A stretch of 64,000 nt of DNA from Tetramitus jugosus (GCA_937625935.1 OW569371.1:124001-188000), one strand, 5' to 3'; shown: positions 11,168 through 22,863, counted from the first letter of the stretch. Program-made: numbers and translations. Notes: generated by a model from the letters alone, not told the origin.

Positions 11168-14100
11168 TTATTCAATTTGGAATCGTCGGTGTTGTTCTTC
11201 CAGTTGCTTCAGTATGCTCTCTGCTCTGTCAGTCACAGTCTTTGGAACACCGGCAAACTGGGCGACGTGCACGCCAAAGGATCTCGATGTGGTTCCGTTG
11301 GCGATCCGGTACAGGAATTGCAGCGTTCTGTTCTCTCCTTCACGCACAAGCAAAGTGTAGAGACCTACGCTTTGAGATAGTTTACGCTCAATGTCTGTTA
11401 GTTCGTGATAATGAGTGGCAAACAGCGTACGACATTGAATCATGTCATGCAAGTACTCTACAACGGACCACGCAATTGCTAGACCGTCCTGTGTTGCTGT
11501 TCCTCGTCCCACCTCATCCATAATCACAAACGATTGTGATGTTGCTTGAGTAAGAATATTGGCAGTTTCCACCATTTCCACCATGAACGTGCTTTGATCC
11601 TTGGCTAAATTATCCATGGCACCTACTCGACTAAATAACTTGTCAACGACAGTAAATTCGGCTCGATCTGCAGGCACGAACGACCCCAATTGAGCAATAA
11701 TGATAATCAAGGCATTCTGTCGCAGGAACGTTGATTTACCTAGTTATTTGCAAATTGTAAGTATTGAAAACATGACGAAAAAATAATTCAGTAGATACGA
11801 ATGATACATACCTCCCATATTCGGGCCTGTGATTAACATGAGTCTGTTTTTGTCATGAGACATGTGACAATCATTTCTCACAAATGAACCAGATCCGTTC
11901 TCTGTTTGAGCCAACTCGACAGTGGGATGACGAGCGCCAACAATGTCGAACTTGTTATCAGAGTTAGAAGAAGCACTGAGTACCTTTGGTCTCTTGTAGC
12001 CACGTTCTCTGGCAATCTTTGCCAAGGAGACATACACATCAATGGATGCAAGTGACTTAGCTGTCTGGATAATATTCTCACTCTGATCAATCACTTGTTT
12101 TTGAAGATTTTTGAATATTTGTATCTCTAAATGGATAGAAGCCTCTTGAGCAGTTGCAATCTTTGTTTGCAAATCAACTACATCGTTTGTCTTATATCTC
12201 ACGGTGTTTGTCATTGTTTGTACATGTCTAAACTCGGAGTGAGCTGATATCTTGTCACGTTGAGAACTAGGAATCTCGACAAAGAGACCCAACAATCCAG
12301 CATCTCTAACTTTCAGAGACGGAATACCGGTGACCTTTCTATATTTCGTTTGCAGGTTTTCAATGTGTAACTTTGAATCCCTTTGAATAGAAATATATTC
12401 GTCCAACTCGCGTGAATATCCTTCTCGAATAAACTGTCCCTCAGTAAACCCATTTGGTAAGTCTCTTGGATCCTCCTTCAAAGCAGCTAATATATCGTGG
12501 ATGATGTGTTGGTAAGCCTCAGTATCAATGGCCCACAACTCTAACTCAATTAGTGATGGCAATTCAGTTGCTTTTCCTCCACAAGATAAAATTAAATCTC
12601 TCAATGGCTTCATCTCGGCCAGCGTGCTAGCAATAGCATGAAGATCACGTGGGCCTCCGCGCAACAGAGTCAATCTCTGTAAGCATCTCTCTAGATCAAA
12701 AACGCGCTTCAGAAGCTCTCTAATCTCCTCCATTTCGGTCATGTGTCCAATAAAGTACTGAACAGCATTCAATCGATCCTCAATTGCTTGCGTGTCCATC
12801 AATGGTGACTTTAGTCGTTGTGTTAACAAACGAGCACCTGCAGGAGTGACAGTTTTATCGAGTGTATGGAGCAAACTACCACGCTTATCACCGGACATTG
12901 TTCGAACCAATTCCAATGAGTTTCTAGTTGCAGGATCAATCGTCAAGTACTTTGATTGCTCGCTCAATGTCTCAGGCACATCCAAATAGGGCAATGTGCC
13001 CTTTTGAGTCTCCAAAACATAGGATAACAAAGCACCGCTTGCATTCAGCTCTATCACACTGAACTGTGACAGATCCATGGTCTTAAATCGCTCCGATAAA
13101 ATTGACTTGGCTGTTTCTGCTGAAAAATAATTGTTGCCTCGAATCGTAACATGATAATCCAACAATAACTGCTTCAAGTTTGGCAACAGTTTCATCTGCG
13201 TTGGTGTCATCTGCGGTAAAATAATCTCCGATGGCGACACTCTCATGATATCGCTCCTCAGTGATGCTAGTGTGGTCTTTGCAATGTGGAACTCACCAGT
13301 GGAAACCTCGAGCCAACTGAGACCGAGTTGCAACTCTTGATACTCTTGAGAATTGGGATGCATGACCGATGGAATATTAGGTATGCTCAAACATGCCAAA
13401 TAATTGTTTTCTCTCGCGTCCAAAAAGTTGTCTTCAGTCAACGTTCCCGGAGTCACAATTCTCGTCACATCTCTCTTCAAAATTTTACCACCATTGGTAC
13501 TACCATCTGGTGACAACAATTTTCTCCTCTTCTTACTCAACACACTATGCTCCACCTGTTCACAAATGGCAACTAATACTCCACCCTTGATAAACTTTGG
13601 CATGTAATTTTCTAGTGCCTTGTAAGGAAAACCGGCCATGGGTATCGGTTGTCCATTAAAAGTACCTCGCTTTGTCAACGAAATGTGAACAATTTCAGAT
13701 GCCTTGATCGCATCTTCGAAAAACATTTCATAGAAATCACCCATGCGAAACAACAGCAAGTAATCTCTGTGTTGTTCCTTTAGCTTAAAATACTGGTGCA
13801 TGACTGGTGTTGTTTTGTTCATCATGGTCAATGTTGTAGATGATGGCACATCTAGGACCATATTCTCTTGATTTGTTGTTGTTGTTGCTATATCATCATC
13901 ATTCACATCAACATGAACAACAGCTGATTCCGTTGGAGGAGTGTTAGTAGTAGTGGATTTTTTAGATCGTGTTTTTTTGGTGGCAACACTCGAATGTTTG
14001 GTAGCAAATGACCGTTGTTGATGAGAATAAGTTGTTGTTGTTGTTGTTGTTGTGAAATGTGTGAGATGACATGAGAGAAGAATATGTATTGGAGGTGGAG

Positions 14101-14170
14101 AAACGAGTGATGAGGTTGTTGAAATCATGCGAAATGGACGACAGTTGGGTCGAGGAATGATGGAACGCAT
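11168..14170 (-). CDS. MSH1: MutS homologue, bacterial MutS1-like, mitochondrial MSH1-type
   Basis: Mismatch-binding motif FRMGDFYEMF. Walker A TGPNMG|GKST is split by intron 11811-11740. Also STFMVEM, MDEVGRGT, FATHYHEL, SFGVHVA. Arg/Ser/Thr-rich N-terminus resembles a presequence. Confidence 0.9.
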
Positions 14171-14273
14171 GATTGATCGATTTTGCTTTTTTTGCCAGTT
14201 TTTGTGTGGAAGTTCGAGAAAGCACTGGAAGTGAAATGGCGCGAAACAAAATACAACCATGAAGAAAACTGTT

Positions 14274-15863
14274 TTATTCATTTCGAGTAAAGATGTCCAC
14301 GTCGTAGAAGGCACTAGAACCACGGAAGAGGATTTCTTTTCGTTGCTTTGAGTAGCGACTCTCTGGTCGAAATATTTGTTCCTTCTTGCTCAAAAATGTG
14401 TCCAAGTCCTTTTTCTGGCGATACAGATCCCAGGCGTCATCCCATTCTTTTTCACATTTGGTGGCTGCATCTTCATCGATTGGCACACTCTCGTAGATTT
14501 TCTTCAAATCAAGAGATATGTTGAACATGGTCTGCCAGAACCGTATCTCAATTGCACACTCTGTTACTTCGTAATCCTTGACAATGTAGCGTTCTGCAAG
14601 CGAAAGCAAAGCCTCTGTCTGCGTCATGTACTTTTTTGGATCGAGATCCAGATTCGTCAGGTCAAACATTTGCTCTAATATGTAATATCCAGGATCCATT
14701 TCAAAAGCTCTCATAATAAAATAGTTAAACGCTTCCTTGTCTCCTTGTTTCTGCTTTGCGAGTGCATAAAATAAATTAGTCATTGCCATGCTCTTGTGTC
14801 TTTCGTAGAGATACTCTGCAATGCGAATTGCTTCCTCTTCGCCTCTCATGTCCTGTCCCGGTATGAACATGTCATTGAAAAAGAATCTTGCTCCCTGTAG
14901 ACTCCGCAGCTCATCAATTGCCAAAGCATCCTTGTAAAACTGAGATTCATTGATACAGGTCACATTGTCCATCATGTGCAAGAATCGAAAAATGTCCCAC
15001 AGTGGCAAAATAACACTGAATGGTGGACCATAGGCCAATCCCTTCATACACGCAACAATCATCGCTTCCATGTCCCATAAACTACGTTGCAGCGAATAAT
15101 TCCAATAAATGTACAGAAAAGACATGATAAAATCATCTTCTTCGCGTTGAATCCGCTCCACCTCTTCATTCAATCCCTCCAAACGCAAATAATGTTCTTC
15201 TTGTTCTGCATCATTACCATCATCATTATTCTCCTCGAGACTCTCTCCTCGACTCTCCCTCTGATCACCACCACCAACAATCACACTTCCTCTATTTACA
15301 TATTCATCGTGCATTGCAACACCCTTCTTAAACAAGGAAGTTGCCTGAATGGAATCACCCTTGGTATCCAAAATCAACGCGTCACACAACAAAATGAGCT
15401 GTTCTCTATAGAGAACTCTCTCTTGTTCGTTCAACTCCTCATATGATCGATTCCTTGGATATTCTTGCTCTTGTGGATACTCTGTGATACAAATCTTTGC
15501 TCTTTCAAAGCATTCAATCGCCAATGACTTCTGAAGGGCCTGATGCATCTCTCCTCTTAGGAACCATGTGAAAAAATGATTCGGGTTGAGTGCAATTGCT
15601 TTTGTAAAGTGAATTTCAGCTTCTCTTTCATTTAGTTTCTCATTGTGATGGATCGCTTGGATAAATTCATGATAAGCTCGGCGAGAAGGATCATCAACAT
15701 TATGATTGCTACGACTACTACTACTTGTATGATGCGAAGAAAGCTTTTGGTTCAAAAAGAGAACTCGACTCGGTTTTAAGCTAAAATGAACATAGTTCAA
15801 CTGATAGGGTAATTGGGTGAGGTCTGGTGGCGCGACTCCTCCTGTTTGATTATTTGTCGCCAT
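14274..15863 (-). CDS. TPR-like helical-repeat protein
   Basis: 529-aa ORF with TPR-like segments (AEIHFTKAIALNPNHFFTWFLRGE; AFNYFIMRAFEMDP). Confidence 0.7.
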   Translation of the reverse strand: MATNNQTGGVAPPDLTQLPYQLNYVHFSLKPSRVLFLNQKLSSHHTSSSSRSNHNVDDPSRRAYHEFIQAIHHNEKLNEREAEIHFTKAIALNPNHFFTWFLRGEMHQALQKSLAIECFERAKICITEYPQEQEYPRNRSYEELNEQERVLYREQLILLCDALILDTKGDSIQATSLFKKGVAMHDEYVNRGSVIVGGGDQRESRGESLEENNDDGNDAEQEEHYLRLEGLNEEVERIQREEDDFIMSFLYIYWNYSLQRSLWDMEAMIVACMKGLAYGPPFSVILPLWDIFRFLHMMDNVTCINESQFYKDALAIDELRSLQGARFFFNDMFIPGQDMRGEEEAIRIAEYLYERHKSMAMTNLFYALAKQKQGDKEAFNYFIMRAFEMDPGYYILEQMFDLTNLDLDPKKYMTQTEALLSLAERYIVKDYEVTECAIEIRFWQTMFNISLDLKKIYESVPIDEDAATKCEKEWDDAWDLYRQKKDLDTFLSKKEQIFRPESRYSKQRKEILFRGSSAFYDVDIFTRNE

Positions 15864-16414
15864 GAACGTGTGTAATGTAGGTTGCGTGTTTGAAACTTTT
15901 TGTGTTCTGTGAAGCTTTCACAAAAAATATGCTGCTGATCATTCCAGGAGTTTCATTTTCTTTCTGCTTCACACAAAATCATCACACCCACCAACTACAA
16001 ACTTTGTTGATGGAATTGAGATCTGAAGTGGTGTAAATGATTTTCTTGTCAATGTCTCGCCGATCCAACGGATAGTGAATAGCGAACCGTGCACTGTAAC
16101 ATTCTCTTGATCTAAGCTTTGAGGGATTGGTTATTTCTCACACTACATCAAGCGACAGATCAAACTTTGAGAGACAACAACTTGGCCAAACTCAAGCCAC
16201 CTCCCACGAAAAGGTATCGCATCCGCCAATTTGATAAAAAAATAGAGTGTGTGAAAACCCCAGAGCAACGCAATCTCCGACGGAAACACCTTCACGTCCG
16301 CTTCAAAGTGCGCTGCTTCCATTGTCTTCTGGGTACTGAACATTTAAAACACACACTCAAAAGCTTTTGGTCACAAAAAACAAACGAACAACAAACAAAA
16401 ATCTATCAACCAAC

Positions 16415-18088
16415 ATGAGCAGTCCTACTGAAGCAGCAACTGATGTGTTGATATCTGCCACATCTTCCTCCTTCTCCATCATTGACATCTTGGTTGTGTT
16501 TGCTACCACAATCACACTCCTCTTAGTTGTCACTTATATTAACTCTTCTAGAAAGAGAAAGGGTCAATTACCTCATGTGCCCTATTTGATCCCATATGTG
16601 GGAAGTATTGTTGGTTTTGGTACGAATCCAACTGGTTTCGTTCTTGATAATTATGCAAAGGTATGTTGTTTGATGCTGCATCATGAACCCCTTTGATATG
16701 TGTGTGAATTGCAAATGATTGTTCGTGAAAAAAAATCACACACCCACATTGCCGCCGCCGGCAATTTTTTTCTTTGTCATCTGAAAAAAAATTTGTTCCG
16801 TGAGCTTACACATTATCACTTGTTGTTTTTCGCATTCTCGTATGATGATTAGCTAGGTGAAGTTTTCTCTGCAAAGGTCTTGGGTAAGAACATGACATTT
16901 ATTGCTCATCCAAAAGCTTATGATGTTTTCTTCAAGGCTCATGACACTGAGCTCGAACAAAGAGAGGTCTACAAGTTTATGAAGCCAGTTTTTGGAAGTG
17001 GTGTTGTCTATGATGCTGAAACACCAGAAGTCATGATGGAACAACTAAAGTTTGTCACCAGTGGACTCACAACTACCAGATTTAGACAATTTATTGACAT
17101 TTTTGATGATGAAGTCAAGAGAAAGTGTGCTAAGCTTGGTGATTCTGGTGAGATTGACATTTTTGAACATTTGAGTGATTTGATTATTTTTACGGCTTCA
17201 AGATGCTTGTTGGGCGATGATATTCGCTTCTTTTTGGAGACAAAGGACCTTGCAAAGCTCTATCACGACTTGGATGAAGGTATTTCACCTCTCAGCTTCT
17301 TCTACCCTCAATTGCCACAATCAAAGAGAGATACTGCCAAGAATAGAATTAGTGCCATCTTTAAGGAGTTGATTAATATTCGTAGAAAGCAGCCAGAGAA
17401 GAGATATGACGATGTGTTGGACAATTTGATGCACAATGAGTACAAGAGTGGAAAGCCAGTGCCTGATGATCACATTGTTGGTATTTTGATTGGTGGTTTG
17501 TTTGCTGGTCAACACACGAGCAGCATTTCGAGCACATGGACCATTTTGAACATTTTGAACGACAAGAGTCTGTATAAGCGCGTGGTGCAAGAACAGCGTG
17601 ATATCATGGTTGATATGGATGCTAATCTCGAGTATGACAAGGTCATGTCCATGGACTTGTTGGAGAGATGTTTGCAAGAAGCTCTGAGAATGTACCCTCC
17701 ATTGATTATGCTCATGAGATATGTCAGAAAGAGCCGCAAGTACAATGATATGGTCATTCCAAAGGGTAACATTTTGGTTGTGTCGACTGCTGCTGGTGGA
17801 AGATGTCCAGAGGTGTTTGAGAATCCTGATGTGTTCGACCCAGAGAGATTTGCCGATCCAAGACGTGAGCACGAAAAGGTTCGTCACGGCTACTTGGCCT
17901 TTGGTTCCGGTCGTCACAAGTGCATTGGTGAGAACTTTGCCATTCTTCAAATCAAGAGTGTCTTGTCTGGTTTGTTGAGACACTATGACTTGGAGTTGGT
18001 TGGTGAATTGCCAAAGGTTACTTACAACAGTTTGGTTGTTGGCCCCAGCCCACCATGTAAGATTAGATACACCAGAAGACAGAACTAA
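16415..18088 (+). CDS. CYP51: Sterol 14-alpha-demethylase
   Basis: N-terminal TM anchor, YKFMKPVFGSGVVY, I-helix LFAGQHTSS, EALR, PERF and haem motif FGSGRHKCIGE. Intron 16661-16852. Confidence 0.96.
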
Positions 18089-18193
18089 ACAACACAGGCG
18101 GGAGTCCATCCACACAATAAAAAAACACTTGAACATTAAGTATATAAAACTACAGTGGCGTTACACACGTATGATTTACTCTACAATACAACA

Positions 18194-19597
18194 TTATCTG
18201 ATCCGACTCATGAGCAGTTTCAGTCGTTCCTCACAGGCATCGGCACACTTGTAGTACGATGACTTTTTCGAGTTGAACATCCTGCAATTGTCACACATGA
18301 GTTTGATATCAGCAATAAACGACTCTATGGTCTGATACTTGTTCTGATTCAGTTTCTTTTCCATTGTCGATAGATCTATCGGATTCTTGATCACTTCATA
18401 GTAATCCGGTGCTTCCTCCAGCGTAACAGGCTGTAAGAATGGCCAACTATGCTCATATGCCTTCATCTGATTCAAAATCTTGCTCAACAATCTCCGTTTG
18501 GCATCCGCAGTTTCAAACACACTGTGCAAACTGTCTACTTCTCTCATTCGATCAAACACGGCCTCTCTCTGCTTCTCCACCATCTGTGGCACATGCAAAT
18601 AATCGATATGTGGATGCAACATGCACTCCATCACCGTAGCTTCCGTATAATCCTTAATATAGCCCAAATACCGAAAATCGTCCATTGAAATCTTGTCCGT
18701 GAATCCCAACTTTTGAAAATACGTTACTGCAAAATTGTCAGCATACGTCAAGAATCGCATCCAGCGACACGATTGACAAAATGCCTTCAAATTGTTCATG
18801 AGCACTCTACCATAACCTCTCCTCTGTTCTAGACTTGTCACCGCACAGAATGCAATCTCAATGAATCGTTCGGCCATGACCGGGCGAAACGTAATTCCAC
18901 CAATGACACGTTTCCTAGTGTTTGGTCTCTTATCCGGTGGTAAATCACTCCTAGGTTGCTTGAACATGACAACGGCTTGATGCTGCCGATCAAACACCAA
19001 TCGTGCAATATAATTCTTTGGCATTCGGGGTAATTCTCCGCTAAAAATATTTTTGAGCTGTAGGAGATATTCGAGAGTTTGCATTTTGCCGTCGTTGGTC
19101 AATACTTGGAATGCCAATTCTTCCAAATCTTCAGTAGCGCCACTTGACGATGATTGATTTTTTCCCTTTTTCTTCTTATTGTCATCATCATCTTCTTCTT
19201 CATCTTCATTGTCGTCGTCATCATCTTCATCATCTGCTTCTTTATCATTTTCGTTATTGTGAGATTCTTTTTTGATCTTGTTGTTGTTGTTGGTTTGTCT
19301 TGATTTTTTGTTTTGATTCTTTTTGTTGTTATTGTTATTGTCATTGTCATTGTCGTCGTCTTCATTGTCTAAAATGTCATTGTAGGTGATGGATGGATCA
19401 TTATTATTCGAATCTATTTTTTGCTTCTTTTGTTGTTGATTGTCAGTGATACTTGTGTGATCATTGTCTTCCAATGAAGAATTTGTTGTTGTTGTTGATG
19501 ATCTCGTTCTTTTTTTAGAATTTTGACTATTGTTGTTGTTGTTTTCATTTGTTGATGATGATGAAGGGAACATGTCACGAAGACTGGTTTGTCTCAT
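18194..19597 (-). CDS. GCN5: Histone acetyltransferase GCN5 (GNAT + bromodomain)
   Basis: LKNIFSGELPRMPKNYIARLVFD, EIAFCAV, QRRGYG, FLTYADNFAV, GYIKDY. Bromodomain WPFLQPV...APDYYEVIKNPIDL. Confidence 0.95.
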   Translation of the reverse strand: MRQTSLRDMFPSSSSTNENNNNNSQNSKKRTRSSTTTTNSSLEDNDHTSITDNQQQKKQKIDSNNNDPSITYNDILDNEDDDNDNDNNNNNKKNQNKKSRQTNNNNKIKKESHNNENDKEADDEDDDDDNEDEEEDDDDNKKKKGKNQSSSSGATEDLEELAFQVLTNDGKMQTLEYLLQLKNIFSGELPRMPKNYIARLVFDRQHQAVVMFKQPRSDLPPDKRPNTRKRVIGGITFRPVMAERFIEIAFCAVTSLEQRRGYGRVLMNNLKAFCQSCRWMRFLTYADNFAVTYFQKLGFTDKISMDDFRYLGYIKDYTEATVMECMLHPHIDYLHVPQMVEKQREAVFDRMREVDSLHSVFETADAKRRLLSKILNQMKAYEHSWPFLQPVTLEEAPDYYEVIKNPIDLSTMEKKLNQNKYQTIESFIADIKLMCDNCRMFNSKKSSYYKCADACEERLKLLMSRIR

Positions 19598-19845
19598 ATT
19601 TTCATACGAATGATGTGTATTGTCGATTGTTTTTTGTGTGCTGTTTGTTCAGATCAAACAAGTTTTTTTGTTCCGTTTTTTTTGTATTCGCCGAAACAGA
19701 AAACAATTTCCCCTCCTCCGAGTTTCACCGATCGTGCACAAATCCATTGAATTGTTCAAAACCACGAAAAAAATTGCAACCTTGAGAAAAATCAAAAAGC
19801 TTTCGATTGTGATACTGTGGAAACCTCTCCCATATATTACTAAAC

Positions 19846-20808
19846 ATGAGCACTCACTATAACAAGTCACGAAACACCAACGTCAACTATAACAACAGTA
19901 CCAAACAATACAAACAACAACAACAACTGAACAACAACAACAATCATGGACCTTCCGACCACAAAAAACAACGTCCAAAAGAAATTGTTTTCGATGCGAG
20001 TGCACGTCAAGAATACCTAACTGGTTCTCACAAGCGTAAAAACGAAAGAAGATCAGTCGCCCTATTCTACAAGAAGGAAAAAACAAGACAACAACAATTG
20101 GAGGCCAGAAAAAGAAAGAGACAACAGGAAAAGGAAGAACGTGAGGCAATGATTGAAAAAATGAAATTGTTGAGAGGTGATTCTTTTTCGGATGAAGAGG
20201 AAGATGATGAAGATGAACAAGTGAGATTGACCAATTTGAAGCGAAAACGACAACAACAACAAGATGATGAAGATTTTGGATTTGGATCCTCAGAGGTCAT
20301 TAATAATAGTGATGATGATGATGATGCATCGATTCGCAAAAAGGCAAAAAAAACGGAACAAGAAGAACAAGAAAAACAAGAGAATGAAGATGAAAGTGCG
20401 TCAGTCGAGGAGAATAAGATTGCTGAAAAAAATCAAGTCAAAATCGTGAGTTATAACAATGAGAGCAAAGTGACTGTTACTGTGAAACCATTTCTAGTGT
20501 CATCCAATTCGGCAATGGAAGATTTGTTGTTGGACAGTGATAATGAAAAGAATGATAGTGATAACGATGGAGATGACAAGGATAATGGTGATGATGATGA
20601 TCAACCAGAGGATGAAGATGGCGAAAAGCAAAAAGTGGAGAAGCGGAAGCCAACAGACAAGGATATCAAGAAGGGAATTTTCGAGTTGCACATGCAAAGA
20701 AACAGACAAAAGAATTTGAGTAAGAACAAGGGAACAAAGGCCGGAAAGCGGAGAGGAAAGAATCATGCAAAGGCAAACTTGAAGAGACAAAGAAGAAAGA
20801 AGAAGTAA
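19846..20808 (+). CDS. NOL12: Nucleolar protein 12 / Rrp17 (Nop25 family)
   Basis: EIVFDASARQEYLTGSHKRKNERR matches the Nop25 motif FDxxxRxEYLTGFHKRKxxRR. Acidic tracts and a Lys/Arg-rich tail. Confidence 0.82.
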   Translation: MSTHYNKSRNTNVNYNNSTKQYKQQQQLNNNNNHGPSDHKKQRPKEIVFDASARQEYLTGSHKRKNERRSVALFYKKEKTRQQQLEARKRKRQQEKEEREAMIEKMKLLRGDSFSDEEEDDEDEQVRLTNLKRKRQQQQDDEDFGFGSSEVINNSDDDDDASIRKKAKKTEQEEQEKQENEDESASVEENKIAEKNQVKIVSYNNESKVTVTVKPFLVSSNSAMEDLLLDSDNEKNDSDNDGDDKDNGDDDDQPEDEDGEKQKVEKRKPTDKDIKKGIFELHMQRNRQKNLSKNKGTKAGKRRGKNHAKANLKRQRRKKK

Positions 20809-20900
20809 AATTTCTTTATCCATCATATTAATAACAATAATCATAATTATAATAAACCTTGCTGTTGTTGCGTTATCTACAAAATTAAGAACAACTGTAT

Positions 20901-22553
20901 TTAGTTCTTGTTGTTGATGGCTTGTTGTCTGCGGGCAATCACTCGCATCATTCTTCTCTTGTCGATGCGATTGTTCCATTCAGTTAAGCTAGGAGGAACA
21001 AAGAAACCTGCAGGCGTGTGCCAGCTAATCTCCCCACCAATCGCATTGAATCCCTTACCTGATAGGAACTTTGGATTCATGATTCTAATTCCAGGCAAAT
21101 AGTTGTTCATGTCCATCATGAAACCCTTCTGGAAATCAATAATGTACTTCTTTGCAATACCGTTCAATACAATACCATTGAACAGAATTTTGAAAGCGTT
21201 GAGATCTACCGTTCCAATGGTCGAATCAGTGACATATGCATCGAACTGGATATCATGAACATTGCCAGACACATTCAGCATGGCTCCAGAGTTCAGAGAG
21301 TCAATATTAATATCTGATAGAATTGCTCTCAGATTCAGATGCAATGTGAACACGTCTTCAATCGTTGCCATATTCTTATCCTTTGCAGATTTGTTAATGA
21401 CTTGGAATCCGATTGTCAAGTTCAAATGAGTGGATATACCTTGAAGGGTGTCAATCATTGGATAGGTTGATGTTGATACTTGCAATTGCATTGGAAGATT
21501 CTCCTTATAATGCTGAGCAATCTGAGGGAAGAATCGTCCAATACTCACAGTATCTAACTTGATAGGAGAGGATGCAGGAACCATATCTGGAGTAATACTG
21601 GATTTCAGTTGACCAGATTGATGCAAGCTATATAGCATGCTATTCAAAACAAAGTCACTCACTATAATGTTGCCTGTAGATGGACGAACGAGAGCCTCAA
21701 CTGGAAGAGTTGTTGGCGAGAAAGGAAAACGAACATCTTCATCACTATCGACAGGATAGAACACACTTCTCATGGATCCAATAAAACTACCCAATGTCGA
21801 GTTGGCTTGGATATCATTGAAACCGGAATCGAGGTTCAACTTGAAACCTAAGCTTGCCCAAGTAAAAGAAAGATCCTTCAATGGCTCCCACTGTTTCATT
21901 CTCTCATTCAATGTATAGTCAATGGATTCAGTCATAATGTCCCTCATATTGTCTTCACATGCTTGCTTGATTCTCGATGAGAAGAGAACAGTCAACACAC
22001 GAGCAATCTCACCTGAAATTCCACCATGAATGTCCAACTTGAGACGATTTAGATTGACATTCACTTGATTGGCTTTGAAAGTTGGTCTTCCCTTCTCGTC
22101 CAAGCTCACCACTTGAGCACCCAGTGCAATGTTAGAATTAGAGTCAACAACAACAGTGCACGTACCGTGTCCAGTGACGTGTGGCAGTCTCAATTCCCTG
22201 TACATCCAATTCAACTTCATGTTGAGCTGAACATTTTCACTCGAAGCAAACACATTTCTCTCATTCAAAAACTGAACTTTCACCGGGGTGATTTCCAACT
22301 TTGTAAAAACAAAATCGGTCAACGCATATTCAATTTCTCCGATCAATGGCGCACTGTAAGAACCATTGATATTGGGGATTTGAGCAAACTTGAGAATGTC
22401 GGTCATGGATTCTGAGATGGAGCTGGAAACTCCTCTTTCATCGAGAATAAACCGAAGGGCAGTTGGTGGCGTATTGGTTGAAAAAACAAGACAAGTATGG
22501 AACAACAATAAACATCCCAAGATCAGAGATAATTGGGCGAGTAGTGGCTTCAT
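20901..22553 (-). CDS. BPI/LBP/CETP (TULIP) lipid-binding protein, secreted
   Basis: Signal peptide, IPNINGS...GEIEYALTD, and C-terminal-domain VSDFVLNSMLYSLHQSG...LDTVSIGRFFPQI. Confidence 0.82.
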   Translation of the reverse strand: MKPLLAQLSLILGCLLLFHTCLVFSTNTPPTALRFILDERGVSSSISESMTDILKFAQIPNINGSYSAPLIGEIEYALTDFVFTKLEITPVKVQFLNERNVFASSENVQLNMKLNWMYRELRLPHVTGHGTCTVVVDSNSNIALGAQVVSLDEKGRPTFKANQVNVNLNRLKLDIHGGISGEIARVLTVLFSSRIKQACEDNMRDIMTESIDYTLNERMKQWEPLKDLSFTWASLGFKLNLDSGFNDIQANSTLGSFIGSMRSVFYPVDSDEDVRFPFSPTTLPVEALVRPSTGNIIVSDFVLNSMLYSLHQSGQLKSSITPDMVPASSPIKLDTVSIGRFFPQIAQHYKENLPMQLQVSTSTYPMIDTLQGISTHLNLTIGFQVINKSAKDKNMATIEDVFTLHLNLRAILSDINIDSLNSGAMLNVSGNVHDIQFDAYVTDSTIGTVDLNAFKILFNGIVLNGIAKKYIIDFQKGFMMDMNNYLPGIRIMNPKFLSGKGFNAIGGEISWHTPAGFFVPPSLTEWNNRIDKRRMMRVIARRQQAINNKN

Positions 22554-22863
22554 GATTTCTTTGTTTGGTTGTTGGCAAGTTTGTTCAATGCAGAAAACCG
22601 TCCAATTTGAACGGCCTTATTATTTTAAAAAAATCCGTTCAAACTATAAATATCAGAATGTATAACCTTTCCGAGCACTGGTGACTGAGCTTCGAACCAC
22701 GTATTTTTGTTCAATTTGGCTATGGTCTGTTGTGAACGATTCACCAAGCACAGTGACATGCATTGTCCAATGTTTTGTCACTGTTTCTCTCTTGTTGAAG
22801 TGAGTTGATATCGAAGTGTGCCAATTGAACCACCAAAAAAAACAGAGCAAACCATTCATTCAC

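Noticed and set aside
20020-20040. Rrp17 motif reads TGSHKRK instead of TGFHKRK (possible C-to-U editing)
   Set aside because: A single substitution with no other sign of editing in the window; simple divergence or a base error is more likely.
22670-22725. Pol III A-box/B-box-like words on the minus strand (TAGCCAAATTG...GGTTCGAAG)
   Set aside because: Spacing is far too short and no cloverleaf stems form.
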